64,000 bases of DNA from Heterodontus francisci. Taxonomy: Eukaryota. The notes under the pieces are model-generated. The model made no database searches, was not told the origin of the DNA, and worked only from the letters and a program-made list of their open reading frames with translations. Positions 50,195-62,624 of this stretch are shown one piece after another. The DNA lies in assembly GCF_036365525.1 (NCBI RefSeq), contig NC_090380.1:77749784-77813783 (forward strand). The letters are read 5' to 3'. The stretch's first letter is position 1, and every line of letters begins with the position of its first letter. A program made the translations under genes and the position numbers.

Positions 50195-52062
50195 CCAGAG
50201 ATGCTGGAAATCTGAAATAAAGACAGAAAATGCTGGAAATGCACAATAGGTCTGGCAGCATCTGTGGAGAGAGAAACAGAGTTAATGTTTCCAGTCGATG
50301 TTCCTCAGGCTTACATTGAGCTTCATTGGAACAGTGCAGTAGGCCGAGGACAGAGAGGTCAAGGTGAGAGCAAGGTGGAGAATTAAAATGATAGGTGACC
50401 AGAAGCTCGGGGTCATGCTTGCGAACTGCGTGGAGGTGTTCCACAAAGCGTTTGGTCTCTCCAGTGTAGAGCTGACCGCATTGTGAGCAGCAAATACAGT
50501 ATATTAAATTGAAAGAAGTACAAGTAAATCACTGCTTCACCTGGAAGGAGTGTTTAGGGCCTTGGCTGGAGCAGAAAGAGGAGGTAAAAGAGCAGGTGTT
50601 ACACCTCCTGTGCTTGCATGGAAAGGTGCCATGGAAGGGGACCATATGTTAGGGGTGATTGAGGACTCGACCGGGATGTCACGGAGACAATGGTACCTTC
50701 AGAATGCTGAAAGGGGAAGGGAGCAGAAGATGTGTTTGGTGGTGGCGTCATGCTGGAGGTGGCAGAAATGGCAGAGGATGATCTATTGAATACGGAAGAT
50801 AGTGGGATGGAATATGAGGACAAGGGGAACCCTATCATGGTTCTGGGAGAGGGGAAGAGGTGAGACTAGAAGTGTGGGAAAGGGAATGGGCACAGTCAAA
50901 GACCCATGGTAGGATGAATCCTCGGCTGAGAAAAAATGAAGACATATCAGAAGCACTGGTATGAAAGGTTGCATCATCAGAACAGATGCGACGGAGACAG
51001 AGAAATTGGGAGAATGGAATCAAGTTCTTACAGGAAACAGGGCATGAGGAAGTGTAGTCGAGGTTGCTGCGGGAGCCAGTGGGCTTATAGTGAATATTAG
51101 TTGATAGCCTATCTCCAGAAATGGAGACAGAAAAGTTGGGGAAGGGGAGGCAAGGGAGGAGTCAGAGATAGACCATGTGAAGGTGAGAGAAGGGTGGATA
51201 AAATTTTCCACTTCAGGGCCAGAACAGGAAGTGACGCCTATACAGTCATCAATGTACTGGAAAAAAAGGTGAGGGAGGGGTCTGAGTAGGACTGGAACAA
51301 GAAATGTTTCACATATTCCACAAAAAGGCAGGCATAGCTAGAACCCAGATTGTTTGGGCCTCCATTCACCACCACCCTCCTCCACCTGTTTGAACTTGTT
51401 CTCTCATTGAACAACTTCTCTTTTAACTCAACTCAATTCCTCCAAATAAAAGGTGTGCTATGGGTACCAGAGGCTCTATTTTGCAGAGAACAAACACAGA
51501 TTTGGTGACCACTTTGCGGAACACTTCCGTTCAGTCCGCAAGCGTGACCCCAAGCTATGTGTCGCCTGTCATTTTAATTCTCCACCTCACTCTCACGTTG
51601 ACATCGCTGTCCTCGGCCTACTGCAGTGTTCCAATAAAGCTCAATGTATGCTTGAGGAACAGCACCTCACCTTTGGATTAGGCACTTTACAGCCTTCCAG
51701 ACTCAACATTGAGTTCAACAATTTCAGACAGTAATCTCTGCCCCCATTTTGTTTCCTTTTCTTTGCATGTTTCGGTTTTCATCTTGTTTTTGCTTTCAGA
51801 TGGTAGCACACCTTCTCTCGGTACTTCTTTTGTTTCTTTCTTTTCTTGCCCCTTTACCACTCCCTTTGGCCCTACATGATGAACTCTTCTGTCATTTAAT
51901 CTTTCATGTCTCCCACTCTATCACAGACCTTCCCTTTTGCTCTTTTTCCCACCCTCCCATTGCTCAAAACCCAGGGTCATCAACCTGAAACATTAACTCT
52001 GTTTCTTCCTCCTCAGATGTTGCCAGACCTTCTGGGTATTTCCAGCATTTTCTGTCTTTATT
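50195..52062. mobile_element. Penelope-like element with inverted arrangement (minus-strand RT/GIY-YIG about 50300-51345, plus-strand 3' end about 51350-52062), inserted in a CR1 fragment
   Basis: IPFSQFLCLRRICSDD on the minus strand; RFGDHFAEH...LEEQHLTFGLGTLQPSRLNIEFNNFR on the plus strand. Termini are mirrored. Confidence 0.85.
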
Positions 52063-52211
52063 ACTAGGATACTAGAACTGAGAGCTTATACCTATTTAGA
52101 AAGACTGAACAGGCCAGAGCTGTTTCTGCTAGATAAGAAAAGACTGAAAGGTGACCTGATAGAGGCCTTCAAGATTATGAAAAGGTTAATAGGGTAGACG
52201 TGGAAAAGATG

Positions 52212-52565
52212 AGGCGGCACAGTGGCGCAGTGGTTAGCACTGCAGCCTCACAGCTCCAGGGACCCGGGTTCGATTCTGGGTACTGCCTGTGTGGAGTTTG
52301 CAAGTTCTCCCTGTGTCTGCGTGGGTTTTCTCCGGGTGCTCCGGTTTCCTCCCACAAGCCAAAAGACTTGCAGGTTGGTAGGTAAATTGGCCATTATAAA
52401 TTGCCCCTAGTAGAGGTAGGTGGTAGGGAAATAGAGGGACAGGTGGGGATGTTGAAGGAATATGGGATTAGTGTAGGATTAGTATAAATGGGTGGTTGAT
52501 GGTCGGCACAGACTCGGTGGGCCGAAGGGCCTGTTTCAGTGCTGTATCTCTAAACTAAACTAAAC
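52212..52565 (+). mobile_element. HE1-type V-SINE, full length, (CTAAA)n tail
   Basis: GGCGGCACAGTGGCGCAGTGGTTAGCAC...GGTTCGATTC...V-domain...GGGCCGAAGGGCCTGTTTCAGTGCTGTATCTCTAAACTAAAC. Confidence 0.92.
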
Positions 52566-52689
52566 TTGCGCGCAAGAGCAGAACTGCTGGCTATAAATAT
52601 GATAGTCAACAATAAATTTAATCGGGAATTCAGGATAAACCTCTTTACCAGAGAGTGTAAGAATATAAAACTCGTTGTCACAGAGAGTT

Positions 52690-55330
52690 TTTTTTTATAC
52701 GTTCATGGAATTTGAGCGTCGCTGGTAATGCCAGCAATTGTTGTACATCCCTAATTTCCTTTGAGAAGGTGGTAGTGAGCCACCTTCTTGAAACGCTGTA
52801 GTCCATCTGGTGTAGGTACACCAACAGTCCTGTTAGAAAGGGAGTTCCAGGTTTTTGACCCAGTAACAGTGAAGGAACGATGATATAGTTCCAAGTCAGG
52901 ATAGTGTGTGGCTTGGAGGGGAACTTGCAGGTGGTGGTGTTCCCATGCATCTGCTGCATTTGGTCCTTCTAGGTAAATGAGGTCATGGGTTTGGAAGGTG
53001 CTGTTAAAGGAGCCTTGGTGAGTTGCTGCAGTGCATCTTGTAAATGTTACACACTGCTGCCACTGTGCATCGGTGGTGGAGGAGTGAATATTTAAGGTGG
53101 TAAATGGAGTGCTGATCAAGTGGGCTGCTTTGTCCTGGATGGTGTCGAGCTTCTTGAGTGTTGTTGGAGCTGCACTCATCCTGGTAAGTGGATAGTATTC
53201 CATCACACTCTCTGACTTGTGCCATGTAGATAGTGGACAAATTTTCAGGAGTCAGGAGGTGAGTTGCTCACCACAGATTTTCCAGCCTGTGACCTGCTCT
53301 TGTGGGCACAGTATTTATATGGCTGGTCCAGTTAACTTCCTGGTCAACAGTAACCCCCAGATTGTTGATGGTGGGGAATTCATCGATGGTAATGCCTGTT
53401 GAACATCAAGGGGAGATGGTTAGATTCTGACTTGCTGGAGAAGATCATTGCCTGGCACTTGTATGGCATGAATGTTAGTTGCCACTTATCAGCCCAGGCC
53501 TGGATGTTGCTGCATGCAGGCACAGACTACTTCACTATCTAAGGAATTGCAAATGGTACTGAACACTGCAATCATCAGCGAATATCCCCACTACTGATCA
53601 GATGATGAAGCAGCTGAAGATGGTTGGGCCTAGGACATTACCGTCAAGAACTCCTGCAGTGATGTCCTAGGGCTGAGATGATTGGCCTCCAACAATCACG
53701 ACCATCTTCCTTTGTACTAGGCATCAGTCCAACCAATGGAGAGTTTCCCCTGATTTCCATTGACTCCAATTTTGCTAGGGTTCCTTGATGCCACACTTGG
53801 TAAAATGCAGTCTTGATGTCAGGAGCAGCACTTTTGTTCATGTTTGGATGAGGACTGTAATGAGGTTTGGACCTGAGTGCCCTTGGCAGAACCCAAACTG
53901 AGCATCGGTGAGCAGGTTATTGCTGAGTAAGTGCTGCTTGATAGCACTGTCAACATCACCCTCCATCCCTTTGCTGATGATTGAGAGTAGACTGATGGGG
54001 CAGTAATTGACAAGAATGAATTTGTCCCGTGTTTTGTGACAGGACATACCTGGGCAATTTTCCACATTGTCGGGTAGATGCCAGTGCTGTAGCTGTACTG
54101 GAATAGATTGACTAGCGGCGCGGCTAGTTCTGGAGCATAAGTCTTCAGTACTACAACAGGGATATTGTCAGGGCCCATAGTCTTTGCTGTATCCAGTGCC
54201 ATCAGCGTTTCTTGATATCACATGGAGTGAATCAAATTGGGTGGAGACTGGCGTCTGTAATGCTGGAGACCTCAGGAGGAGGCTGCGATGGATTATCCAC
54301 ATGGCAGTTCTACCTGAAGATGGATGCAAACGTTTCAGCCTTGTCTTTTGCACTCATATTCTCCCCCATCATCGGTGATGGGGATATTTTTGGAGCATCC
54401 TCCTCCAGTTAGTTGTTATTGTCCACCACCATTCTTGACTGGATGTGGCAGCACTGCAGAGCTTTGATCTGATCCGTTGGTTGTTGTGTCGCTTTGCTCT
54501 GCCTATTGCATGCTGCTTCCACTGTTTAGCATATATGTAGTTGTGTATTGTAGCTTCACCAGGTTGGAACCTCTTTCTTAAGTATGCCTGGTGCTGTTTC
54601 TGGCATGCTCTCCAGCACTCCTCATTGAACCAGGGTTGGTGGTAATCGTAGAGTGAGGGATATTCAGAGCCATGAGGTTACAGATTGTGGTTTAATACAA
54701 TTCTGATGCTGCTAGTGGCCCAACAGCACCTCATGGATGCCCAGTTTTGAGTTGCTAGATTTGTTCTGAATCTATCCCATTTAGCAAAGTGGTAGTGCCA
54801 CACAACACACTAGAGGGTATCCGCAGTGTGAAGACAGACTGTGCGGTAGTCACTCCTACCAAGACTGTCATGAACAGATACATTTGCGACAGGTAGATTG
54901 GTGAGGGTGAGGTCAAGTAGATTCTTATTGGTGCTTTCACCACCTGCAGCAGGCCCATTCTGGCAGCTATGTGCTTCAGGACTTGACCAGCTTGGTCAGT
55001 AGTGGTGCAACCGAGCCACTCTTGATGATTGGCATTGAAAACCCCTCCACCCAGAATGCATTCTGTGCCCTTGCTACCCGCCATGCTTCTTCCAAGTGAT
55101 GTTCACTTATTCATCAGCTGGGGAACGGCAGTAGGTGGTAATCAGCAGCAGGTTTCCTTGCCCATGATTGGCGCGATGCTATGAGATTTCATGGGCTCTG
55201 GAGTCAATGTTGAGGACTCCCAGGGCCACTCCCTCCTGACTATATACCACTGTGCCAGTGGGACAGGTCAAACTCAAGGATGGCAATGGAGGCCTCTGAG
55301 ATATTGGCTGTAACATATGATGGGTGAGTT
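52690..55330 (-). mobile_element. CR1-like LINE, same family as 42140-45058
   Basis: ALDTAKTMGPDNIP, QFGFCQGHS, AAPTTLKKLDTIQDKAA, plus the shared 3' tail. Confidence 0.9.
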
Positions 55331-55689
55331 TGACTATGTTAGGCTGCCGTGATGGGATTTGAAATTGTGTCTCTGGAGTGTTAGTCCGGGCCTCTGGATT
55401 ATCAGTAACATTACTAGGATCTACTGTTCCCTAAAGGGAAGGTGAATAGTATAGCTACATTTAATGGAAATGAAAGTAAAGGCATGAGGGTGAAAGGAGT
55501 AGGCCAGGTTGATGGGGTTACATGTGAAGGGGTGGAGGAGGCTCAGGAGCAACATAAACACATATTTTGGGCTGAATGGTCCATTTGTGAGCTGTAAATT
55601 TCATATAATACTATGAGATTATTACCACGGGGAGGCAATTTCTAGGTCCCAGAAAAGACAGCCAGTCTAAAAGAGAAGTTGTCATTAGA

Positions 55690-55886
55690 TATGCAACTAC
55701 ATCACTCAGGCCTTGCTTGGCTAATCTCCTAACACGTGAGATAGTTACGCAACGACAGCACGGTGACGCAATGACGCAGCGGTCTCCTGGGAGATTCTCC
55801 CAACATTCCATCTGTGACTGTTTCCTGAGCGTGCACGCGGGCCAGTGACGTGTTGATCAATGGACCGAGATCCGTCTCCAAAGAAA
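55690..55886 (+). promoter_or_regulatory. taf13 CpG promoter/5' UTR with E-box (55733-55738), clustered CRE/C-EBP-like sites and a YY1-like AAAATGGC over the ATG
   Basis: CpG-rich; contains CACGTG, TTACGCAA, TGACGCAA, TGACGCA, TGACGT and the palindrome GCGTGCACGC. Confidence 0.65.
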
Positions 55887-55913
55887 ATGGCCGATGAGGA
55901 TGATGAGCAGACG
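55887..55913 (+). CDS. taf13: TFIID subunit 13, coding exon 1 (MADEDDEQT)
   Basis: ATG in CpG island, 27 nt, donor ACG|gtgagt. Comparable to human MADEEEDPT. Confidence 0.9.
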
Positions 55914-56279
55914 GTGAGTCCGGTTTATTTGTTCATATTTCAAAGTGCTGGCTGTGATCACTATCTCCTGCCTTCAGCACTGACTACATCGGCAAGAATG
56001 AAGCGCCTTTAAATCGTTGTTAATTTCAACAGTTGCTGTTGTCCCAAGTCCATAAAACAGCCAAAAATCAGGATATACAGTGAGCGCTGCTTTTTGTGGC
56101 CTGTTTTAATGTGGAGTTTTGAATAAGCTGCCTTTAATAGGGGACCCGCTGCGTTGGGAGGCGCCTCCTTTTTTGCTTTGTGAATATACCTAACATGGTG
56201 GATTAGCTCATTGTTGTATGGGAGGTATGAGGTGTGGAGAAGTGAGGGTTATAACAGTGCTGATAATAGGAGTAGAAGA

Positions 56280-56612
56280 GTTTTTAATTCATTCATGGGA
56301 TGTGAGTATCGCTGGCAAGGCCTGCATTTATTGCCCATCCCTAATTGCCCATGAGCAAGTGATGGTGAGCTGCCTTTTTGAACCACTGCAGTCCATCTGG
56401 TGCGGGTACACCCATAGTACTGTTAGGGAGGGAGTTCCAGAATTTTCATCCAGTGACCGTGAAAGAACAGTGATATATTTCCAAGTCAGGACGGTGTGTG
56501 ACTTGGAGGGGAACCTGGTGATGCTCCCATGTGCCTGTTGCCCTTGGTCTTCTAGGTGGTTGAGATTGGGGGTTTGGAAAGTGCTGTTTGAAGGAGCCAT
56601 AGTGAATTGCAC
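56280..56612 (-). mobile_element. CR1-like LINE 3' end
   Basis: Reverse complement of the GCAATAAATGC...CACATCCCATGAATGAAT tail and adjacent coding remnant. Confidence 0.85.
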
Positions 56613-57568
56613 TTAGATTTTACCTGTTTTTAACACTCCTGTTGTCTAATATCTATAATTCTTCTCAAACTCTGCAATCTTCTCCCTTTGTGCATCACAT
56701 ATTAAACTTCTGACTTATAAACTCCCAACACACCATCTTCAAAATAAAATCATTTTTTAATGTACTGCTACATTGTGTTTTTTGGTTCCATTTTTTTCTT
56801 GATTTTTATCATTTTAAACATGAAAATGAAATCTTAACAGCTTTTTAAATTGACATTCAAAATTGCCTTAATTCCTTATATGTTATCAAGCCATTATACA
56901 TAAGTGTACATTTCACACATTTTCAGAAGCCACTGTATATTTGTATATTTACACATTTTTGGAAGCCATTGTACATCCAGTTGCTTGTAGGGAGAATGTA
57001 TTGACACATTTGGGTCACTTGTATCATTGCTTGCATTGGGAGCAGTCAGGCCAGGAAGTTAAAGCAGTTTATTTGGTCTTGGTTTCTGGGAATTCATTAG
57101 ACTTGGATGCAGGGGGGAGCCTCAGTCTGTATTGGTTATGTCAGTTACGCCTGCATTCATGGCCAACAGTTGAGTTGCTGTGTTATGAGGGGGGCAGTGG
57201 GATGGATGTGGGTTGGATTGTGAGGTTTCAAGAATAGGCCACAACTATAGAGTCATAGAGCACCGAAACAGGCCCTTCGGCCCATGTCTTTGCTGGCCAT
57301 CAAGCACCTAACTATTCTAGTCCCATTTTCCAGCACTTGGCCCGTAGCCTTGTATGCGATGGCATTTCAAGTGCTCATCTAAATACTTCTTAAATGTTGT
57401 TAGAGTTCCTGCCTCTACCGCCACTTCAGGCAATGTATTCCAGATTCCAACCACGCTCTGGGTGAATTTTTTTTCCCCCAAATCCCCTCTAAACCTCCTG
57501 CCTCTTACCTTAAATCTATGCCCCCTGGTTATTGACCCCTCCTCTAAGGGAAAAAGTCTCTTCCTCTT

Positions 57569-57904
57569 GGGTGGCGCAGTGGTTAGCACCGCAGCCTCAC
57601 AGCTCCAGCGACCCGGGTTCAATTCTGGGTACTGCCTGTGTGGAGTTTGCAAGTTCTCCCTGTGTCTGCGTGGGTTTCCTCCGGGTGCTCCGGTTTCCTC
57701 CCACAGCCAAAAGACTTGCAGGGTGATAGGTAAATTGGCCATTATAAATTGTCCCTAGTATAGGTAGGTGGTAGGGGAATATAGGGACAGGTGAGGATGT
57801 GGTAGGAATATGGGATTAGTGTAGGATTAGTATAAATGGGTGGTTAATGGTCGGCACAGACTCGGTGGGCCGAAGGGCCTGTTTCAGTGCTGTGTCTCTA
57901 AATC
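57569..57904 (+). mobile_element. HE1-type V-SINE
   Basis: Near-identical to 52212-52565. Confidence 0.9.
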
Positions 57905-58161
57905 TAACCTATCAATGCCCCTCATAATTTTGTATACCTCAATCGTGTCCCCCCTCATCCTTTTCTGTTCTAAGGAAAACAACCCTAGCCTTTTCAGTCT
58001 TTCTTCATAGCTGAAATGCTGCAGCCCAGGCAACATCTGGTGAATCTGCTCTGCATCCTCTCCAGTGCAATCACATCCTTCCTATAGTGTGGTGCCCAGA
58101 ACTGTACAGAGGACTCCAGCTGTGGCCTAACTAGCATTTTATACAGCTCCATCATAACCTC

Positions 58162-60261
58162 AAAAATAAAAGCAAAATACTGCGGATGCTGGAAATCAAA
58201 CAAAAACAAGAAATGCTGGAATCACTCAGCAGGTCTGGCAGCATCTGTGGAAAGAGAAGCAGAGTTAACGTTTCGGGTCAGTGACCCTTCTTCGGAACTG
58301 ACAAATATTAGAAAAGTCACAGATTATAAACAAGTGAGGTGGGGGTGGGGCAAGAGATAACAAAGGAAAAGGTGCAGATTGGACCAGGCCACATAGCTGA
58401 CCAAAAGGTCACGGAGCAAAGGCAAACAATATGTTGATGGTGTGTTGAAAGACAAAGCATTAGTACAGATTAGGTGTGAATACACTGAATATTGAACAGC
58501 AGCAAGTGCAAACCTGAAGAAAAACAACCTGAAAAAAACAGTGGGTAAGCAAACTGAACAAACTAAGGTGAAATGAAATAAATGCAAAAAAAGATTGTAA
58601 AAAATGTAAAAAGGAATGTAAAAAAAAGGAAGAAAAAATAACTAAAAATGAAAGTAAAATGGGGGGCTGTCATGCTCTGAAATTATTGAACTCAATGTTC
58701 AGTCCGGCAGGCTGTAGTGTGCCTAATCGGTAGATGAGATGCTGTTCCTCGAGCTTGCGTTGATGTTCACTGGAACACTGCAGCAATCCCAGGACAGAGA
58801 TGTGAGCATGACACACCAATTTCCACCCTTCTCTCACCTTTACATGGTCCATCTCTGACACTTCCCTTCCCTTCCTCAAATTCTCTGTCTCCATCTCTGG
58901 GGATAGGTTGTCTACTAATATCCATTATAAGCCCACCGACTCTCACAACTACCTCGACTACACTTCTTCACACCCTACCTCCTGTAAGGACTCCATTCCA
59001 TTCTCCCAGTTTCTCCGTCTCCGACGCATCTGCTCTGATGATGCTACCTTCCATGACGGTGCTTCTGATATGACCTTTTTCCTCAACCGAGGATTTCGCC
59101 CCACTGTGGTTGACAGGGCCCTCAACCGTGTCCGGCCCATTCCCCGCACCTCTACCCTCACCCCTTCCCCTCCCTCCCAGAACCGTGACAGGGTTCCCCT
59201 TGTCCTCATTTTCCACCCCATCAGCCTCCATATCCAAAGGATCATCCTCCGCCATTTCCGCCACCTCCAGCGTGATACCACTACCAATCGCATCTTCCCC
59301 TCCCTTCCCCTGTCAGCATTCCGAAGGGATCGTTCCTTCCGCGACACCCTGGTCCACTCCTCCATTACCCCCACCACCTCGTCCCCGTCCCATGGCACCT
59401 TCCCCTGCAATCGCAGGAGGTGCAATACCTGCCCATTTACCTCCTCTCTCCTCACTATCCCAGGCCCCAAACACTCCTTTCAGGTGAAGCAGTGATTTAC
59501 TTGTACTTCTTTCAATGTAGTATACTGTATTCGCTGCTCACAGTGTGGTCTCCTCTACATTGGGGAGACAAAGTGCAGACTGGGTGACCGCTTTGCGGAA
59601 CATCTCCGCTCAGTCCGCAAGCAGGACCCTGAGCTTCTGGTTGCTTGCCATTTCAACACTCCCCCCTGCTCTCATGCTCACATCTCTGTCCTGGGATTGC
59701 TACAGTGTTCCAGTGAACATCAACGCAAGCTCGAGGAACAGCATCTCATCTACCGATTAGGCACACTACAGCCTGTCGGACTGAACATTGAGTTCAATAA
59801 TTTCAGAGCATGACAGCCCCCCATTTTACTTTCATTTTTAGTTATTTTTTCTTTTTTTTCTTTACATTCTTTTTTACATTTTTTACAATCTTTTTTTTGC
59901 ATTTATTTCATTTCATAGTTTGTTTAGTTTGCTTACCCACTTTTTTTTCAGGTTTGCACTTGCTGCTGTTCAATATTCAGTGCATTAACACCTAATCTGT
60001 ACTGATGCTTTGTCTTTCAACATACCATTAACATATTGTTTGCCTTTGCTCCGTGACCTTTTGGTCAGCTATGTGGCCTGGTCCAATCTACACCTCCTTT
60101 GTTATCTCTTGCCCCACCCCCACCTCACTTGCTTATAACCTGTGACTTTTCTAATATCTGTCAGTTCCGAAGAAGGGTCACTGACCCGAAACGTTAACTC
60201 TGCTTCTCTTTTCACAGATGCTGCCAGACCGCTGAGTGGTTCCAGCATTTCTTGTTTTTAT
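58162..60261 (+). mobile_element. Penelope-like element: RT C-terminus, GIY-YIG endonuclease and 3' end (about 58811-60261), preceded by an inverted copy of the 3' end (58162-58810)
   Basis: STNIHYKPTDSHNYLDYTSSHP...IPFSQFLRLRRICS; C...RCNTC; FTCTSFNVVYCIRCSQCGLLYIGETKCRLGDRFAEH. 14-bp TSD TCCATCATAACCTC (58148-58161 and 60262-60275). Confidence 0.93.
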
Positions 60262-61159
60262 TCCATCATAACCTCCCTGCTCTTATATTCTATGCCTCGG
60301 CTAATAAAGGCAAGTATCCCATATACCTTCCTAACCACCTTATCTACCTGTGCTGCTGCCTTCAGTGATCTATGAACAAGTACACCAAGGTCCCTTTGAC
60401 ACTCTGTACTACCTTGGGTCCTACCATCCATTGTATATTCCATTGCCTTGTTAGTCCTCCCAAAATGCAAACGACTGTTTAGTATTTCCACTGTTCCCAG
60501 CAAACAAATATCCCATACTAACTTATTTCCCATATTTGTTTCAACCAGTGATGCACTGTATGCATATAAATATTACTAATCTATCTCTTGTTTTGTTACA
60601 GTTCTGTAATCAAGATCAAGTTAAATTTTTCAAGTCAAGCAGGGTTAGACGTTGGAGGATAATGGAACCAATCTCGGGGAATGGGGAAGAGAAGGCAAGG
60701 AATGCAAGAAAGGAGATGGAGTGGTGGTGGAAGGGAGTGTTCAGGAGGGGATGGGTATCAGCAGGATAGGTAGGAATTGAGGTATGAAACAAACATCAGA
60801 GGAAAAATACAACATGGCGGTTGGCGGGGGGGTGGGTGGTGGAGATGGTGCTGTGGATGGGAAATGAAGATCGGGGAGTTATAAAAGGGAAAATGAGGCT
60901 GAGTACAGGAAGGTTGTGAGGGGCTACTGCAACCAGTGGGAGGGGGAGGAGATTGGCAACCAGTATGTGGGTTGGAATGGCATGTACAGCCAGTGGGAGT
61001 GGTGAAAGGGATTGAAACCTTGCTCATGGTTGGAAGGCTTGGGGCTGAAATCTTGTTCAGAGAGGTTGAGGATCGCTGTCTTGCTTAATGTTAATTTCTG
61101 GTTGATGTGTACGCATGCAGATCTTAGTTATTAATTGTAGCTGGGAGATCTCTTGATAT

Positions 61160-61988
61160 TGTTACGACCGCGGCGGGAGCAATGCAGTGTCAGTTCAGTC
61201 CCGTCAGTCCACAGGTCGCAGCATATTATTAAGCTTTCATACCCAAAAAACAGCCAAATTAAACACTGTAGTAACCCCAGAATGAAACAGACCAAAACAG
61301 GTATCTTTAGACAACAACAAATTAACTATTTATTAAAATACTAAATCTTAAACACTATTAAGATAAACCTACGTCTAAAGACTTTATAACTTATTTTAAT
61401 CTAACTCCCCATTCTCTCTCTCTCATTCAAAAACTAACAGTTAACTGGTTTTAAAAGTGGAGTTTTTAAAAATTAGCTGTCTCTTAAGAATAAATAAGGA
61501 TGTCTTTGGTGGATTATGTTCCTGGTGGATGAGGTCTTCCAATGTGGATTTGATGAAAATAATCCTTCAGAAGATGGGCATTCAGCTCTTCGGCTGCCAC
61601 AAGAATTAAACAGTTCTTTGAGCGATGCGCACAGCAATTCAAACGGTTTCTTGACAAAGAAGGCTTTTCTTCTTTACTCAGAATTAACGGCTTGTAGTTT
61701 CCTGGCAAAATGTTTCTGAGAGAATAAAACAGCTCCTTTTCTTCAGTTCACCTCGCTGGAAAGTCTCTCAGAACTAACTGGTTTCAGCCAGTCCCCCACA
61801 CAAAGTGGAAACATCATACCATGTGACCTCTCCTGCAGTTGCTCAGTGTAACAAAAAATGTAGCTGGTACACTGTGTCTCCAGAACATTCTCCCTTAAAG
61901 GTGCGCATTGTTTTTTTTAACAAAGTCTTAAATGCGCACGCACGCACTTTTTTAATCCAAGGATAAAAATAATTACAGGTCCGTGACA
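61160..61988 (-). mobile_element. Solo LTR (829 bp) in taf13 intron 1
   Basis: TGTTACGACC...CCGTGACA termini with a 4-bp ATAT TSD. Its start is the reverse complement of the end of the 37654-38571 LTR. Confidence 0.85.
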
Positions 61989-62126
61989 ATATGATCACAG
62001 CTTCAGCGCAATATAATATAAGGCAATATAATTCTCAGTGTAAGATGCATGAATAATGTATAATTTATACATTTATTATAACAAATATTAAATGGACTAA
62101 GCTATGTAGCATTTTTCGCCTTGCAG

Positions 62127-62205
62127 TTTGATGAAGATGTGGAGGAGAGTGGAAGCGGTGCAGAGGGTGGACAAGGTAGAAGAAAAAGATTATTTTCTAA
62201 GGAAT
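62127..62205 (+). CDS. taf13: TFIID subunit 13, coding exon 2 (FDEDVEESGSGAEGGQGRRKRLFSKE)
   Basis: Acceptor tttttcgccttgcag, donor T|gtaagt, 79 nt. Comparable to human FEEENEEIGGGAEGGQGKRKRLFSKEL. Confidence 0.95.
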
Positions 62206-62624
62206 GTAAGTCATAACTGCTAAAATATTTAAAATCAACATTGTGTTACTAATCTAGTAATGTGTGTAAAAGTTCATCTTTCAGTATACTACAGTTAAGG
62301 TAACTCCACATTCAGTTTTCACTGGTACGTGATTTGGGAGCTATGTTTTGCACTATGAACAAACAAAATCTGTACTCATGAAATAAATAAAATGTTGCTG
62401 TTGTGACTGCTACACCAATGCTGTTCTTTTCACTTTGATAATGAAATGCAATATGGTGAGATTATGCAAAATCTTGAGATTTTTCTGTAGCTTGAGTTAT
62501 TGGAAACTACCTGTTAAATTTTAACCATGTTTACAGGAAGATTTATTAAAAAATCATGTTTTCTGTTCAGGCTTTATACTTTTATCCATACGGTGCCTCA
62601 AGGTCCTGTTACCCAGCTTAGCTT

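Larger units (their letters stand above)
57245..60470 (-). mobile_element. CR1/HER1-type LINE 3' fragment split by a V-SINE and a Penelope element
   Basis: Pieces 57245-57568, 57905-58161 and 60262-60470 are collinear (QRDLGVLVH...GIEYKSREVMME | LVRPQLE...FWAPHYRKD | RGHRFKV...WNTLP). Confidence 0.85.

Noticed and set aside
52212-52290. tRNA gene
   Set aside because: A/B boxes belong to the tRNA-derived head of an HE1 V-SINE (also at 43461, 57569 and 37135).
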